A stretch of 63,553 bases of DNA, counting the filler, from Lenisia limosa (Eukaryota > Protista > Breviatea), in NCBI GenBank assembly GCA_001655205.1. It is 13 parts of 13 records of this genome, joined end to end, with 100 filler letters (N's around TTAATTAATTAA, not from the genome) between each part and the next. Parts side by side here need not be neighbours in the genome. Positions count along the whole stretch, not along the records: positions 45,339 to 61,812 come from LPNZ01003028.1; positions 61,913 to 63,553 come from LPNZ01004584.1; 11 more parts are not named here. The stretch is one strand, 5' to 3'. Shown in pieces: positions 61,556 through 63,553 of the stretch. The notes beneath the pieces were generated by a model. That model saw nothing but the letters and a program-made list of their open reading frames with translations, was not told the DNA's origin and ran no database searches. How positions within the stretch are numbered: position 1 is the first letter of the stretch; each line of letters opens with the position of its first letter. The translations under genes and the position numbers were made by a program.

Positions 61556-61969
61556 GTTAGATTTGGGAACTGTAACTAGATTATGTTTTTCTACTTTTAA
61601 ATGGCAAGACGTTGGTGTAATTGGGCATTTTTTCAAAACCTTGTATGTGTCAAATGCTGAGCTAATTGTTTTTTTTTTGTTTTACTAGTTTTAGCGTTGG
61701 TTGCTCATGTTTGTTATTGCTTGTTGTTTGTTTTTTGTTTGGAGTTTCAGATTCGGTTCGTGATTAGTACCTTTACGCCAATATTCTTCATTGAAATTTC
61801 CTTGGTTTTACTNNNNNNNNNNNNNNNNNNNNNNNNNNNNNNNNNNNNNNNNNNNNTTAATTAATTAANNNNNNNNNNNNNNNNNNNNNNNNNNNNNNNN
61901 NNNNNNNNNNNNCTCTCTCTCTCTCTCTTTCTCTTTTCTTTTTTCTTTCTCTCACTCTCTCCCTTATGA

Positions 61970-63553
61970 GCCTTACCCCCCGTTCAGCTCAATGTACCTT
62001 ATGATGCTGAACAAACCGAAACGATGACGTTCAACGCAACTGCTGAAGTAAAGTCTGGGGGGTATTTTTCAAGGATTTATCAATATTTATCTATTGAAGT
62101 TTACTTGGGGGTTGAAGTAAAGTGTTATTGTAGACCTGTGTTATTAGTATATCAATGATATCAATTATTCTGAGTTAAAAGGCAATACAAAATTATAATT
62201 CAATATCTTTTAAAAGCTGATATTGTGGTCGGCTTCGGCCGGATTCAACCTTGTTTTTTGTTTCTCATTGCTATATATTATGCTGAGTTGTAAGGCAAAC
62301 GATTGGGTTTATTAATATGATTCAATAATCCAATATCTCTTATAATTATGATGGAGTGGACGGCTTCGGCCTGATACCACCTTATTTTACTTCTTTACCC
62401 CTCACCCTGCAGGTCGCTGATTAGCCAAGAAGACAGGGTACCAACCAACAACGAAGCCGAAACGACCGTCCTCATCATTCCGCCTGTTGCCGACCTAGGA
62501 CTTGTGCTCTCGTCTTGGCCCACTGTCGTTCCTATGGGAGACACTACTAAGGTGGGTGGACGGATTTTACTGTATTTTTCGAAGCAGTGAAGTCCTTTTT
62601 CACTTCAGTAACAAAAATCACGGAATTTCTCAATAAATCCAAGAAACTATATCGATCCTTATGGTTTAGCTTTTCATACCATTGCGAATCCTTTTAATTA
62701 CGCTTGAATATTAAGACGCACTTTTTCCAGAATCATAGTTTTGAACCAACCCTTCACCTTGGAGCGACACTCACCACTACAGCTTGATATTAATATCAAC
62801 CATTTCAGCTTATAATAAGTATTTTTTATCCTTAACAATTGATTGAGTACCAATTCTAACCATTTCAGCTTGAGGCCATGATAGCAAACGCGGGACCCTC
62901 CCCAGCCACCAATCTCGTCGTTACATTCGGTATTCCTGAGGAGTTGGAGGTAGGAATTAGTTAGTATTTAGTATATTATAGTGAATTATAGCTATTTAAC
63001 TACATTATTACACTATCATATATGTCAATATATACCGTATTGATATCATATTACATAATACATAATTAATATACATTGATATGATACGATACTGAATTAC
63101 TTCTTTTACACATATGATATGCTACACCACCCCCCCCCCCCAGGTGGTTACAGAAATGTCTTATACACCCCCAGGTTACAGAAATGTCGCCGTCCTGCGT
63201 TTTAGACTCCACAGTTATAACGTGCTCAATCAGCATGCTCAACACAAAGGCTGTTAAGAGTGGGGAGTTGATTTGTTTTTGTTTTTTACTAATAGTGGGA
63301 TATAACGTGTACATTTAGATAACGACATATATTATATAACTTATAGTATTATATAAGCTACTATGTGCCCTTAGGGTTTTGGTTTGAGTTGGTGTTTTAA
63401 GTGTTTTTTATCATTTTATGAATATACATGTATGTCATATCATCGTAATAACAATAACCATCTAGACACATGTATCAAGGGCATGCAGGGATGCAGTTCA
63501 TTGTATGTCGAAGTCTACGTGCCGCCTGTACAAGCCAGTTTGAAGAAGCACAC
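61970..63553 (+). CDS. DUF11 (Ig-like) repeat protein fragment, intron-containing
   Basis: NNEAETTVLIIPPVADLGLVLSSWPTVVPMGDTTK|LEAMIANAGPSPATNLVVTFGIPEELE|VTEMSPSCVLDSTVITCSISML. This matches the DUF11 pattern ADL...P..V..G...N.GPS.A.N..V...P....C.....TC....L. Confidence 0.6.

Overview
Eukaryotic nuclear DNA from an intron-rich microbial eukaryote (lineage not determinable here). It uses the standard genetic code and GT-AG introns with a loose GTNNG donor consensus. The assembly is a gapped draft: twelve N-TTAATTAATTAA-N spacers mark gaps of unknown size, so adjacency across them is uncertain. Gene models below were spliced by hand and boundaries are approximate. Recognisable genes: an N-acylated DUF4062 protein, a BEACH-domain fragment, an SLC25A32/Flx1-like mitochondrial carrier, a soluble-adenylyl-cyclase/STAND/TPR protein with an intronic tRNA-Val(AAC), CCT7, a membrane pyrophosphatase with a Na+-PPase-type signature, RPA43, PCF11, a secreted 5'-nucleotidase-like phosphoesterase, PPIL1 and a DUF11-repeat protein. 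Region 1-45.2 kb is dense in short repeats: at least three hairpin/MITE families, a pogo-type transposon with an internally inverted transposase, and a two-hairpin repeat. Region 45.3-61.6 kb is a compact, repeat-poor housekeeping block. The most striking observation is a dispersed repeat (families E/F) lying in introns in the sense orientation, whose C-rich end repeatedly is the 3' splice site of the next exon; some introns consist almost entirely of it. Also notable are the divergent Na+-type pyrophosphatase, helically phased AGATC arrays in bidirectional promoters, and a 33-bp cassette present twice.
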